From contig OX597840.1 in assembly GCA_951406725.2 (NCBI GenBank), forward strand, positions 5,394,001 to 5,458,000: 64,000 bases of DNA, written 5' to 3'. Each line of letters begins with the position of its first letter. Positions within the stretch are counted from its first letter, which is position 1. Below the pieces are notes generated by a model. That model had not been told where the DNA came from, searched no databases, and saw nothing but the letters and a program-made list of their open reading frames with translations. Both the position numbers and the translations under genes were made by a program. Below, one piece after another: positions 27,415 through 41,253 of the stretch. This stretch comes from Octopus vulgaris. Lineage: Eukaryota.

Positions 27415-27729
27415 GTATGTATATATATACACACACATGTAAAGGGCTGCCATTCCTCTTCATCTCCCACCCACTCGTGCATGCCGCAAGAAAACTTGCT
27501 TTCTACAGCTTCTCCCTCTCTAAGCAACTTCACCCCACCCCCCTCTCCCCGCCATTTTCACATCTACCCTTCTCTCCTCTTCCTCCTCCTGCTCCTCCTC
27601 CCCTTACTCTCCCTCCCTCCTTCCCTCTCTCCTCAAACACCATCCTCATGGTCTGTAACGGCTCATTTCTCGTTACACTGTGGTATCATCTCTGCTCATT
27701 TCTCTTGCAAATTAAAACCAGCGCCGTTA

Positions 27730-29270
27730 CCTCCACCACCACCACCACCACCACCACCACCACCACCACTACCATCAACAATACTACCACCGACACTACC
27801 TTCATCACCACCTGCTACAACCATCACCATTGAGAACCTTGATACCACTGCTGTCTCTCCATGACTGTCACCACCGCTGTCATCACCACCACCACCACCA
27901 CCACCACTATCACTGCCGCCACCACTACCATCACCAGCTCCACCACCACCACCACCACCACTACCATCATCAGCACTATAACCTCCCTGCTCTGAGAAGC
28001 AGCACCAGCAAGTTTCTCTATAAGCACTAACACCACCACCACCACCACCACCACCATCACCACCACCATCACTACCACCATCACTACCACCATCACTACC
28101 ACCATCAACACCACCTCCAACAATACTACCACCACCACCATCACCACCACCATCACAACCACCATCAACACCACCTCCAACAATACCACCACCACCACCA
28201 CCACCACCACCATCACCACCACCATCACTACCACCATCAACACCACCTCCAACAATACCACCACCACCACCATCACCACCACCATCACAACCACCATCAA
28301 CACCACCTCCAACAACACCACCACCACCACCATCACCACCACCATCACTACCACCATCAACACCACCTCCAACAACACCACCACCACCACCACCATCACC
28401 ACCACCATCACTACCACCATCAACACCACCTCCAACAACACCACCACCATCACCACCACCACTACCACCACCACCACCGCACCACCACCCACCACCATCA
28501 CTACCACCATCAACACCACCTCCAACAACAACACCACCACCATCATCATTATCACTACCACCACCATCATTAACACCACTACCAACACCTCTACTGTAAC
28601 CACCACCACTACGGCCACCACTATCACAACCTTCCCCCCAAACTAACACCACCATCACCACCACCAATACCAAAGCACTATTACCACAACCATCACACGT
28701 GAACACCATTGCATTAGCCAGCACCACAACTAGTACCACTACCACTACCACGACCACTAGCAACACCACCAATACCAACAGCCCAACTACTGCCACAACT
28801 GTACATCACTACTATAACCAACCTCACAAATAATACCACCACTAGCACAGCTACCACCACTACTACTGCCAACACCATCACAACAAACAACAACAGCAAT
28901 AAGGGACCACTACCACCATCAATACTACCACCACCACCACCACCACCGCCACCACCACCACCACCACCAGTTCCACCACCACTACTATTGCAAGCACCGT
29001 TACTGCTGCTACTACTACTACTACTACCACTACTACTACTACCACTACTACTACTGCTACTGCTGCTGCTGCTACTGCTGCTGCTGCTGCTACTAATACT
29101 ACTACTACTACTACTACTGTAACCACCCACCATAACCACCAATATTACTACTAGCGCCAATACTACCCCTGCCAACACTACCACCACTGCTGCTACCACC
29201 AGAACCCTCCACTACCACAGACAGTACTGCCACCAACACTGTCACGATCATCCACCACCTCCACCACCAT
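27730..29270. repeat. (CCA/CTA/CTG)n tract with a roughly 60-bp higher-order unit at 28040-28530
   Basis: ccatcaacaccacctccaacaa recurs 7 times. Confidence 0.9.
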
Positions 29271-29304
29271 TCAGCTAAATCTTCGTTGCTACTAACAGAC
29301 ATCC

Positions 29305-30480
29305 AAAACATGCTGGAAATGGCAGCCAAACCTCCAACAAATCACATACTACTGTCATATAAAAAGAAGGACACTTTGGATCGTGTGGTAGAGGGTCTGT
29401 CCCATGCATGTAGATGTAAACAGAAGTGATGGTCATCTCTAGAAAGCCTTTTATCATAGGGTCTGCTCTGTCAGGGAGGATCAGGGGCTGGACTGCAACA
29501 AGAATAGCAACAACATTATGTAGTCTGTGTGGAGCCTCTATGTAGTGCCTCCACATGCTAGAAATAGCAGTCAAGTTTCCCTTAAATCTTTCAATATGAA
29601 GGAAATATTGTGTGATGTGGTTGACCTTACGTTTGTGTTTGCAATAAAATACTGGTGATAGTCATGGCTGGAAGGTCTGCCTGATCAGGATGGATCTGGG
29701 ACTAAACAACAATGCTATTAAAGCAATGTGGTTCTCATACGTGGTTGTCAGAAATACTAGAAATAGCAACCAAGTCTCCCTTAAATTTCACAGTATGAAG
29801 GATATGTTGGATGATGTGGCCTTAGGTTTGCTGTGTGGTCATGGATGGAAGGTCTCTTTGATCAGGACTGACCTGGAACTAAACAACGATGCCATTAAAA
29901 CAATATAGTTTACTTACATTGTTGTTTGAAATGCAAGAAATAACAGCCAAGTCTTAAATCTCATACTGTGAAGGAGATGTTCTATGATGTGCTCGGTCAA
30001 GGAGAACCAAGGGCTAAACAACAGCAACAACAGCAACAAGTTTGTATTGTCGGTGGTCCTTCCACATGCTAGAAATAGCAACCAAATTTCCCTTAAATCT
30101 CATACTGCGAAGGACATGTTGAATGATGTGGTTTGACTTTGGGTTTGGTAAATATAGGATAAACACAATAGAGATGGTCATGGCTGGTAGGTCTGTTTGA
30201 TCAAGGCTCAAGAATGACAACAACAACAACACAATAACAGCAACATCAACAAAATCACTAATCAAAGCAAAGAGAGTCTCATACATGGTTGTCTGAAATG
30301 CTAGAAATAACAGTCAAAATGTTTCCAAAATTACCAATTGATGTCCCTTAAAACAAAAAGAAATAAAAATAAAAGGAGGGTCACACTGGATGTGTATGGG
30401 TCTAAAAATCATGATGTGTTTAAACAATAAGAAGGGTTGGTCACATCTGGAATGGATTTCATAAAGACAAGGTGTGTCTC
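29305..30480 (+). mobile_element. Head-to-tail cluster of about 6 diverged copies of a SINE-like element with (CAA)n-type tails
   Basis: (a)tgctagaaatagcag.caa at about 29309, 29554, 29755, 29931, 30065, 30298; ggtcatggctggaagg..ctaaacaac. Confidence 0.65.
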
Positions 30481-30594
30481 TTTCATTCTCTATCTGTCAC
30501 AGAATCATATCTAGCTGAGTGTTAAATAGCTTATACTATCACCTATACTGTAGTCACTGCTAACAGTGGCAAGACTGTCTCTGATACTATATCT

Positions 30595-31425
30595 ACTACC
30601 ACCACGACCAACACCAAGAACACTACCTCCACCACCACTGACACTGCCACCACCATCATTAACACTGCCACTACCACTAACACCATTACCTATACTAGCA
30701 CCTCAACCACTACCTTCGTCAAAACCAGCACCACCACAAAAATGACAACTCTGCCACCAATTACACTACAACAATACCTTCCACTACCCTGGCTACCACC
30801 ACCACCACTACCACAACAACTAACACCGCAACAACCACTAATGCCAACAACAATACCACTGGTAAAGCTAACACCAAAACAACCAACACCACAACCACAA
30901 ACACCAAACCCACTACAAACACAACCACCAACACCACCACCACCACCACCAACGCCACCACCATCAACACTATCACCACCACCACAACAACTAACACCGC
31001 AACAACCACTAATACCAACAACAATACCACGGGTAAAGCTAACACCAAAACAACCGACACCACAACCACAACTGCCAAACCTACTACAAACACAACCACC
31101 AACACCACCACCACCAACGCCACCACCATCAACACTATCACCACCACCACCACCACCACCACCACCAACACACCACAACCACCAACACCACCACCACCAA
31201 CGCCACCACCATCAACACTATCACCACCACCACCACACCACACCACAACAACTAACACCTCAACAACCACTAATGCCAACAACAATACCACTGGTAAAGC
31301 TAACACCAAAATAACCAACTCCAAACCCACTACAAGCACAACCACCAACACCACCACCACAACCACCACCACCACCACAACCACCACCACCAACCACCAC
31401 CACAACCACCACCACCACCACCACA
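30595..31425. repeat. (CCA/CAA) tract with 3 longer units
   Basis: caacaactaacacc..ggtaaagctaacaccaaaa at about 30813, 30984, 31246. Confidence 0.85.
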
Positions 31426-31882
31426 ATAAATAGCTTCAATGAAAATTTCTGTCTCTTCCATCCACACCGTCGCCACCAACCTATTGTATACCCATTCTTA
31501 GACACATCGCAACCACTGCCCAGTCCAACACGACCACCACCACTACCGTATTCTGTGACACTTGTAGCAGGTGGATCCATACCATATCACATCATATCAT
31601 GAAAACAAAAATACTTCGTCACCAATTCCGCTGTCATTGTCAACATGCTTGCAGTCGTTGTTGTCGTCATCCTTGATGTGGTATAACTATAAAGGTTTCT
31701 CCTTCACATCAATGTCGGTATGTATAACATGTGTGTATATATATATATATATATGTGTGTGTTTGTGTTTGTGTCTGTCTATCTATCTATCTACCTACCT
31801 ACCTATCTATCAATCAAGCAATCTATCTATCTATATATCTATCTATGTATCTATATGTATATATATATATACACACACACAC

Positions 31883-31938
<56 letters not shown>

Positions 31939-32051
31939 CAAATACATATAAATAAGTCCATATGTATGTATATAATCTATAATATACATATATAAAAATA
32001 TATGTATTGTGGGAGATATATGTTTCTGGGGAGAGTCATTCTATTTTACTG

Positions 32052-32113
<62 letters not shown>

Positions 32114-32215
32114 ACACACACACACAAACATATATATATATAGATAATATATATTATGTATATTTGTCATAATGTATATATATATATATACACACACACA
32201 AACACACACATATAT

Positions 32216-32250
<35 letters not shown>

Positions 32251-32299
32251 ATACATATATATATATCATCATTTAACGGACGTTAAATGATGATGATGA

Positions 32300-32338
<39 letters not shown>

Positions 32339-32699
32339 CACATATATATGCATATATACATTTTATATGCATATGTATAAATACATATAACGTGTATAAA
32401 TACACACAATGTTTATATGTGTCTATATACAAGCATACATAAAAGTATATATATTTGCATGTGTATTTAAGTTTATAACTGCATGTGTGCAGACATATGC
32501 ACACACAAGCACACGTGCAAGCATGTATATATGAATATAGATATGTATATCGTGCATATAAATGTATACACATTATACATATCTACTCACAAACACACAT
32601 AAATATATATATTTGCTTATGTGCATGTCTATGTGTGCATGTTATGTTTGCCCATACATGCATGTGTGTGTGCATGTGGAATATATATTTATATTTATA

Positions 32700-32810
<111 letters not shown>

Positions 32811-33282
32811 GAATAAGTAACAGCTGACGGACAGGTGTTAATTAATTACAAATTTTCTAACAAATTTTTTAATTGCTCAATGAGCACATTATATCGTCAA
32901 AAAGGAACAGATTTCTTCAGACAAATACATGAATCTCACAATGAAGGATATTCAAAATAATTTAAAATCCATAACTCATACATATTTAGGGATTCTATGA
33001 CTGGCTCTTGCTACAGAATGTATAAAAGATTCTATCTATCTATCTATCTATCTTTTTATTTATCTATCTGTCTATCTATCTACCTGAGTATCTATCTATC
33101 TATCTATCTATCTACCTGAGTATCTATCTATCTATCAATCTATCTATCTATATATCTATCTATCCATCTATCTATCTATCTATATATCTATCTATATGTC
33201 TATCTATCTGTCTATCTATCTATCTATCCATCTATCTATCTATCTATATATCTATCTATATGTCTATCTATCTGTCTATCTA

Positions 33283-33339
<57 letters not shown>

Positions 33340-33460
33340 TTATCTATACACATATATAATACTGGATCTTGTTATATATATGTATATCTATATAAATAAC
33401 TACATACATGTATAAATATGTACATATAAGAATATACATGCACACATATATAAATACATT

Positions 33461-33509
<49 letters not shown>

Positions 33510-33680
33510 GTATATGTATACATACATATATTCATATATGTATAATTTCTGCCTAAAAAGATGGATCTACAAATACAATCTCCCTGCATATCTCACATCT
33601 ATTTTCTTTTATTTCCTCCACCTCACTCTCTATTCCGCATCTCATCTAAATTAACTATTTCTTAACCATCCTCTCACACC

Positions 33681-33728
33681 GTCTCCAATGAAGGGATATA
33701 ATAAATAACCTGGAAACAGCTGTAAGAC
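33681..33728 (+). ncRNA. Degenerate hammerhead
   Basis: gtct CCAATGA agg..cct g GAAA cagctg TA agac; palindromic stem III, core U4/G5 mutated. Confidence 0.55.
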
Positions 33729-33834
33729 CTTCTATCTATAAAGGTTCTAAATCTATACAGCCTTGGTTTTTTATCTCATTACCAAATAAAATTTATATAT
33801 ATATATACACACACATATATATATATATATACAT

Positions 33835-33902
<68 letters not shown>

Positions 33903-34416
33903 GTATACATATATATATACATATATATATATATACATATATATATATACATATATATATATATGTATATATATATACATATATATATATATATTTGTAT
34001 ATATATATATATATGTACATATATATACATATATACATTTGTATGTACGTATGTATGTATGTATGTATGTATGTATGTATGTATGAATGTATACACACAC
34101 ATGTATAATTGTTATTTAACATTTGTGTTAAATGCTAACATGGGGTGGGTGGATCAACATCAAAGACAGGTTTATGGTGAGTGGCAAAATCTCAGGAACC
34201 ACAAGTCATCTTTAGCTAAAAGAACATGAATTTTGTGGGGCTCAACATTTTTTTAACAAAATGTGTCTGAATTCAATCACAAATATGAGACAAATATTTT
34301 TGTATATATGCATGTAAGAAATATATAGGTATATATAAATATTTGTGTCTTGCCCTTTCTCTATATACAAAAATATATACATATGTGTTTGTATGTACAT
34401 ACATACATATAATTAT

Positions 34417-34457
34417 ACTAGCATTATGACCCATCGTTGCCGGGTCATAGGGCTAGT
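34417..34457. mobile_element. 41-bp palindromic micro-element with Helitron-like ends
   Basis: actag cat tatgaccc atcgttgcc gggtcata ggg ctagt. Confidence 0.45.
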
Positions 34458-34581
34458 GCATGTATATATGTGTATATATATGTTTACATATTACATGTAC
34501 ATCTATATATATATATCTACACATAAAATACAAAGTTATATCTTGATATCGCTACTGATAACAATACTCAAAATATATAAC

Positions 34582-34635
<54 letters not shown>

Positions 34636-34720
34636 ATGTCTGAAGTGTGTGTATACATATATATCTATGCACATATATATATACATACATATATGTACAT
34701 ATATATACATATATATACAC

Positions 34721-34790
<70 letters not shown>

Positions 34791-34806
34791 ACATACATAG
34801 GTGTGT

Positions 34807-34843
<37 letters not shown>

Positions 34844-35509
34844 CATTTTTGTGTATGTATATATATATATATATATATATATAATTTCATAGATATAGCC
34901 ATAATTTCGTGGAGGTGTTCACCCAGGATTTTATTCTCTTTTACACATAAAGTACAAGCTATTTCCTAGTTAATAATTATATACATATGTACATGCATAC
35001 ATACATACACACACTTCTATGTCCATATATAAATATACATATACACATATATAAATATATACATAAAAATATATATATATATATACACACACATACATAT
35101 GTATGTAATGTATGTGTGTGCGTGTATGTATGTGTGTGTATATATATATATATTTATGTATGTGTTTATGTATGTATGCATTTGAGTGTTTGTGTGTGTG
35201 TGTTTTCATGTATTTATTTAGATATGTATGTACAGGAAAAAATTCAAAAAAGGCACCAATATCAAACACCCCCTTGCAACAAAAGCCTATCAGAACAGAA
35301 ATGCCATTTGAAAAACAGTGCACAACCCTGGTGGTGCCCCAGCATGGCCTCAGCATTTGGACTCAAGTGTATAAAAGAATAAATGAATACATATGTGTGT
35401 CCGTGTGCATGTGTGTTTATAAATATATATATATATATATATATAAGGTAGCATATGTGTGTTTGGGTGTATGTGTGAAAGTGGGTGTGTGAAAGTGGGT
35501 GTGTATGAA

Positions 35510-35541
<32 letters not shown>

Positions 35542-35669
35542 CACACCCACTCTCATACATACACCCACACACACACATATATATGTATATTATCTAAACG
35601 TACATATACATGAATATATTTATACATACATATATGTGTATATAAGTATATATATACGTAAATATATAC

Positions 35670-35700
<31 letters not shown>

Positions 35701-36078
35701 CACACATAAATATATAACTATATATATATGCAAATATATATATACACAAATACATATATATATATTTATATATATATATGTATATATATATTTGTATATA
35801 TATATAAATATATCTATATATATATATATGTATGTTTATATATATAAATGAGTATAGATATATATTTGTACATGTGTGTGTGTATATATATATCTATATA
35901 TATCTATATATATAAATATGTATATATATATATATTTATATGTGTATTTATATATATATGCATATATATATGTGTTTATATATATAAATAAATATATGCA
36001 TATGTGTGTGTTTGTGTGTGCGTAGATAATTATATATAAATATATATATGTGTATATATATATATACATATATATACA

Positions 36079-36119
<41 letters not shown>

Positions 36120-36275
36120 GTATATATATATGTATATATATATATATATATATACATATGCTTAAAATGAATATTAAATTAGGGAATCTTGGATTGCATC
36201 TCAAAGAGATTTGTAATGTAAAGTGAAAGTTGTCCTATGTACAGTGTTGTGTATGTATATATCTATATCTATATG

Positions 36276-36351
<76 letters not shown>

Positions 36352-36558
36352 TATATATATGTATATAGATATAAATATTTATATATACATGTATATAAAT
36401 ATAAATATATATATATATATGTATATAAATATAAATATATATATATATATGTATATATGTATATAAATATATATATATGTATATAAATATAAATATATAT
36501 ATATGTATATAAATATAAATATATATATATATATGTATATAAATATAAAAATATATAT

Positions 36559-36603
<45 letters not shown>

Positions 36604-36846
36604 TTCATGTATACACACATGTATATATATGTCTCTGTGTGGGGGTTGCTGGTGATATGTAACAATTTCCAAGGCACCCACTACAAACTCGGAGTGGTTG
36701 CATTAGAAATGGTATTCAGCCTGGAACCTAGTGCTGCTCTCTGGCTTATCAGTTACAGTAAAGCTTACCCATTCCAGCGTGGACAGCAGATTTTAAATGA
36801 TGGGGACTATGAGGTGATGATATCTGTGTATGTTACACATGTATGC

Positions 36847-36896
<50 letters not shown>

Positions 36897-37396
36897 ATAT
36901 AAATTGAAAAGGATGTCTTTGGATATGTTTTTAAAAGCTTTTCCTTCTTTTAATGATTCTTCTTCATTTTTACATTTATTTAAATTTCAAATTGCTGAGG
37001 AAAAAAGTATCCATCCATCCATCCACACACACATACATATATGAACATATACATACATATGTATGTACACACACACATACATGTATGCACGCATGAATGC
37101 ATACATACATATATACATATAAACACACATACATACATATATACACTCGTGCATATACATATATACCTACATATATACACACACACATATGCACACACAC
37201 ACATATACATACATATAAACACATACGTATATGCATACACACATACATACATACATACATACTTACATACACAATCGTGCATACACATATATACCTACAT
37301 ACATACACACAAACACACACACACACATATACATACATATACACACATACATATATGCATACACACATAGACATACATACAAACATACCTTTGCTA

Positions 37397-37577
37397 TGAT
37401 AGTTCGTTAGCCACTGCACATTCTTTATTTTCTCTCCTTGTTTCTTTCTGTGGAAGAGCATAGGCTCGAAACGTTAAAAACTTTTTCACTTCCCAAGCAT
37501 TAAACTAATACATCTGTTTGTTGTCTACACCACCTGTCTTCATCTTTTGTTTTTTTGTTAATTCTCCCCCTATATAC

Positions 37578-37612
<35 letters not shown>

Positions 37613-37805
37613 TCATTTGCCATGATCAATCGCTAGCCACTACACATTCTTTATTTTCTCTCCTAGTTTCTTTCTATGTTACTTTCTGTGGAAGAGTGTA
37701 GGCTTGAAACGTTAAAGACTTTTTCAATTCCCGAGCATTATATTAATACATCTATTTGTTGTCTACACCACCTGTCCTTGACTTTTATATTTTTTGGGAA
37801 TTCTC
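37397..37805 (+). mobile_element. Two tandem family P1 copies, each with a minimal HHR (37445-37478, 37682-37717)
   Basis: cttt CTGTGGA a gagcataggctc GAAA cg TT aaa; flanks homologous to 22320-22500, 48985-49150, 51010-51220. Confidence 0.75.
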
Positions 37806-38443
37806 TACAAACATACATACATACATACATACGTACGTGCATACATACATATAAACATGCATACATATATATTATGTATATCACACTATATATGTGTGTG
37901 TGTGTATGTGTGTCTGTTTATCTGCCCCACTGCTTGGCAACAGGTGTTGGCGTGTTTGCATCACTTTAACCTGGGGTCAATTCATTCAACGGAAACATCT
38001 CCAAGTCGGTGCCCCTGCATGGCCGCAGTCAAATGACTGAAACAAGTAAGACAATAAAAAAATGAAAGTGATGCATTCATATAATATACACGCATACATA
38101 CATAAGTATGTGTATGTATACATATATATGCACATATTTATCATATAAACGCATATAAGAACTTTATCATTTCAACATATACACAATGGTTATTTCGATA
38201 TATCCTTTTCCATATTAAACCTTATCTGATATGAATGTACAGTGTTTTTTATGACATGAAATAATTAACTTGTAAGTAAAACATATTTTTCTTCTTTTAC
38301 ATCACTTCTCTGTAGTGTTTCTCAGTTACATTTAATACCTGTCTGTATGTCTGTCTGCTTGTCTGTCTTTCTACTATCTATATATCTATTTATCCATCTG
38401 TCTATCTGTCTATTTGTCTCTGTGTGTTTGTCTGTATATATAT

Positions 38444-38668
38444 ATGTGAAACAAGGTGGAAAAAAAGAGTACTCAAATACCAGTGGTAGAGTAATATGCT
38501 TTATTTAAAGCAGCAGAAAATTCAACAAAATTCTAGCAAAAGCTGTCTGATGAACGGCAATGAGAAACTCAGAGTAACAGATTTTGTTGAATTTTCTGCT
38601 GCTTTAAATAAAGCATATTACTCTACCACTGGTATTTGAGTACTCTTTTTTTCCACCTTGTTTCACAT
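38444..38668. repeat. Perfect 88-bp inverted repeat with a 49-nt loop
   Basis: Arms 38444-38531 and 38581-38668 checked as exact reverse complements. Confidence 0.95.
38543..38580 (+). ncRNA. Minimal type I hammerhead within the loop of the inverted repeat
   Basis: ctgt CTGATGA a-cg-gcaa-tg-a GAAA ctc-a-gag TA acag. Confidence 0.75.
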
Positions 38669-38992
38669 TTATGTGTTTACTCCGGTATGTATATATATAT
38701 ATATATAATAATTATTTGAGGGAATATTATTCCTAACTTACAGGGAAAAATTCAATTTAGAAAAACTAAATCAAATTTCACACAATATAATATATATATA
38801 AAAATTAGGAAAAAACCACCTTTTATCAATTCAAAATGAACAATTAACTTACACCATCTAGAAAATTACATATAATAGAAATATTGAAAATATAATAACG
38901 ATAATATACCGATGATTAAGTAAATTGCAAAATAATAATAAAAACGTATATATTTGGTATATAAACGTATACATATATATATATATAGTAAC

Positions 38993-39072
38993 AGAGCGGT
39001 TGTATAATGTCAACTTAACGTGACAGTCCTGTAAGGGAATTTCACGTTAATTTGACAGTATACAGCCGCTCT
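38993..39072. repeat. 31-bp imperfect hairpin
   Basis: agagcggttgtataatgtcaacttaacgtga / tcacgttaatttgacagtatacagccgctct, 3 differences, 18-nt loop. Confidence 0.85.
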
Positions 39073-39191
39073 ATCGCTCCACCAGTGTACATATCTCTAT
39101 GAGATATTTAGAAATTTAATATATAGTAATAGTATGACAACAAAACAATGAATGAAACCTCGATATATATATTTCATTATCATATGTGGTT

Positions 39192-39247
39192 TGTGTCTGA
39201 TGAATATGTTTGAGCATTTCTCAACATATGAAACTATTAGTAGCACA
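39192..39247 (+). ncRNA. Intact type I hammerhead ribozyme
   Basis: tgtgt CTGATGA atatgtt-tgagcatttctc-aacatat GAAA cta-t-tag TA gcaca; 7-bp stem II, 5-bp stem I, GUA triplet. Confidence 0.85.
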
Positions 39248-39359
39248 TAAAAACATGTATTGTTTCTATTAAATAATATTTATCTCTCACCACATGAAGT
39301 ACTTTTTTTTTGTTGATCTTACCTTCAAGGAACAGTATACTATATATATATATATATAA

Positions 39360-39690
39360 ACTTACTTGGAGAAGAGAAATGACGCGTGCATTCGGTCATA
39401 TAATAACAATACAATAAATAAATAAAATATATGCATATATACATACATATATGTACATACTTACATCTGTATATATATATATATATAGAAGCATATATAT
39501 ATATATGAGTACAGGACACCACAAATAAACGTAGAATGCAACGAGAAACGAAAACATAAAATCAAACAAGGAAACAGACTTTTTTTTAACAATGAAAAAA
39601 CAGAGTACAGGACAAACAATACAAGGAAAATTCCCCTTCATCAACTGCCCCTGGTTCGACTCAAAGTGTGTTTCGAAGGTATATATATAT
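39360..39690. mobile_element. AT-rich dispersed element (inverted homolog at 47440-47675)
   Basis: ttacttgga..cattcg.tcatataata..gagaaacgaaaaca matches the reverse complement at 47440-47675. Confidence 0.6.
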
Positions 39691-40220
39691 ATGTCTTATA
39701 GTGTGTTCTTTCTGTCCAGCTATCTATTTATCCATTTCTCTCTTTCTCTGTATATAAATATATATATATATACGTGTGTGTGTGTGTGTATACACACATA
39801 TATATACATATGTATTTTTTTGCTCGGGGTCACAGCTTCAAAAAAAGCTAAATTTGGCCACATAGACTAGTTTCGTGTTAGACAGAATAAAAGATTTTCA
39901 ACCCAAAATCTTTACTGAATATAAACTTCAGGCTCCTTTTAGAAGCATTATTGGCTCCAACCAAATGAAGGCAATGCACTAGTACTCTTTTGTATATTAA
40001 TTTATTGGTACCAAATCACAGCCTGTACATATTATAATTGGGGCCCTAGGTCCAGGAGACACTTGGGAAACTATGCCTGAAGACGGTACTGCATATATTC
40101 TGTTTTGTCTTTGGTCTCTTACAGATTCCATTTATATATAGTTTGTCAATCTAAGGATTGCAGACTAAATATTATATATATATATGTATATATTTATATA
40201 TAAATGTGTGGATATATATA

Positions 40221-40813
40221 TCATCATCATCATCATCATCATTTAGCGTCCGTTTTCCATGCTAGCATGGGTTGGACGGTTCTACTGGGGTCTGTGAAGC
40301 CAGAAGGCTTCATCAGGCCCAGTCAAATCTGGCAGTGTTTCTACGGCTGGATGCCCTTCCTAACGCCAAGTATATATATATATATATATATATATCTTTT
40401 ACTCTTTTACTCTTTTACTTGTTTCAGTCATTTGACTGCGGCCATGCTGGAGCACCGCCTTTAGTCGAGCAACTCGACCCCGGGACTTATTCTTTTGTAA
40501 GCCCAGTACTCATTCTATCGGTCTCTTTTGCCGAACCGCTAAGTAACGGGGACATAAACACACCAGCATCGGTTGTCAAGCAATGCTAGGGGGACAAACA
40601 GACACATAAACATATACACACACATACATATATATATATATATACATATATACGACAGGCTTCTTTCAGTTTCCGTCTACAAAATCCACTCACAAGGCAT
40701 TGGTCGGCCCAGGGCTATAGCAGAAGACACTTGCCCAAGATGCCACGCAGTGGGATTGAACCCGGAACCATGTGGTTGGTAAGCAAGCTACTTACCACAC
40801 AGCCACTTCTGCA

Positions 40814-40815
<2 letters not shown>
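40221..40815 (-). mobile_element. Family C fragment (40221-40368) and full family A copy (40397-40815)
   Basis: Diagnostic motifs. Confidence 0.85.
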
Positions 40816-40860
<45 letters not shown>

Positions 40861-40933
40861 ATATATATTATATATTATATATATATGTGTATATATTTAT
40901 TCATATACATTCATATATATGTGTGTGTGTGTA

Positions 40934-41001
<68 letters not shown>

Positions 41002-41061
41002 TCCATATATATATGAATGTATATATGTGTATATGAATAAATATATACACATAGATATACA

Positions 41062-41253
41062 TACCTTTGTTTGGCTGAAGGAGCGCAGATCCTGTTCAGA
41101 TCTAAGATCCCTAACTCTCTACTGAACTCCACGTCAGAAATTTTCAGTGGTTGCATACATATGTATAAATATATTTTGAAGAATTGGAAAATTACGCCTA
41201 TTTCTGACAGACTTGATATCTTATCATTTAAGACCTTATCATGTAAGGTCTAA
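41062..41253 (+). pseudogene. Penelope-like element endonuclease-domain C-terminus relic
   Basis: [43 protein letters not shown] fits the recalled PLE pattern CxLCLxE..I..LLNxRSE..CxH..K..L; followed at 41391-41440 by a decayed homolog of the 39192 HHR region. Confidence 0.6.

Noticed and set aside
27696-29199. Gly/Asp- and Val-rich minus-strand ORFs
   Set aside because: Products of a (GGT)n minisatellite.
39630-39690. Minus-strand GAAA...TTGATGA as a type II hammerhead
   Set aside because: Stems I and III are not supported.
40072-40095. tatgc CTGAAGA cggtact gcata
   Set aside because: Possibly an internally deleted HHR, but GAAA and stem II are absent, so it is not counted.
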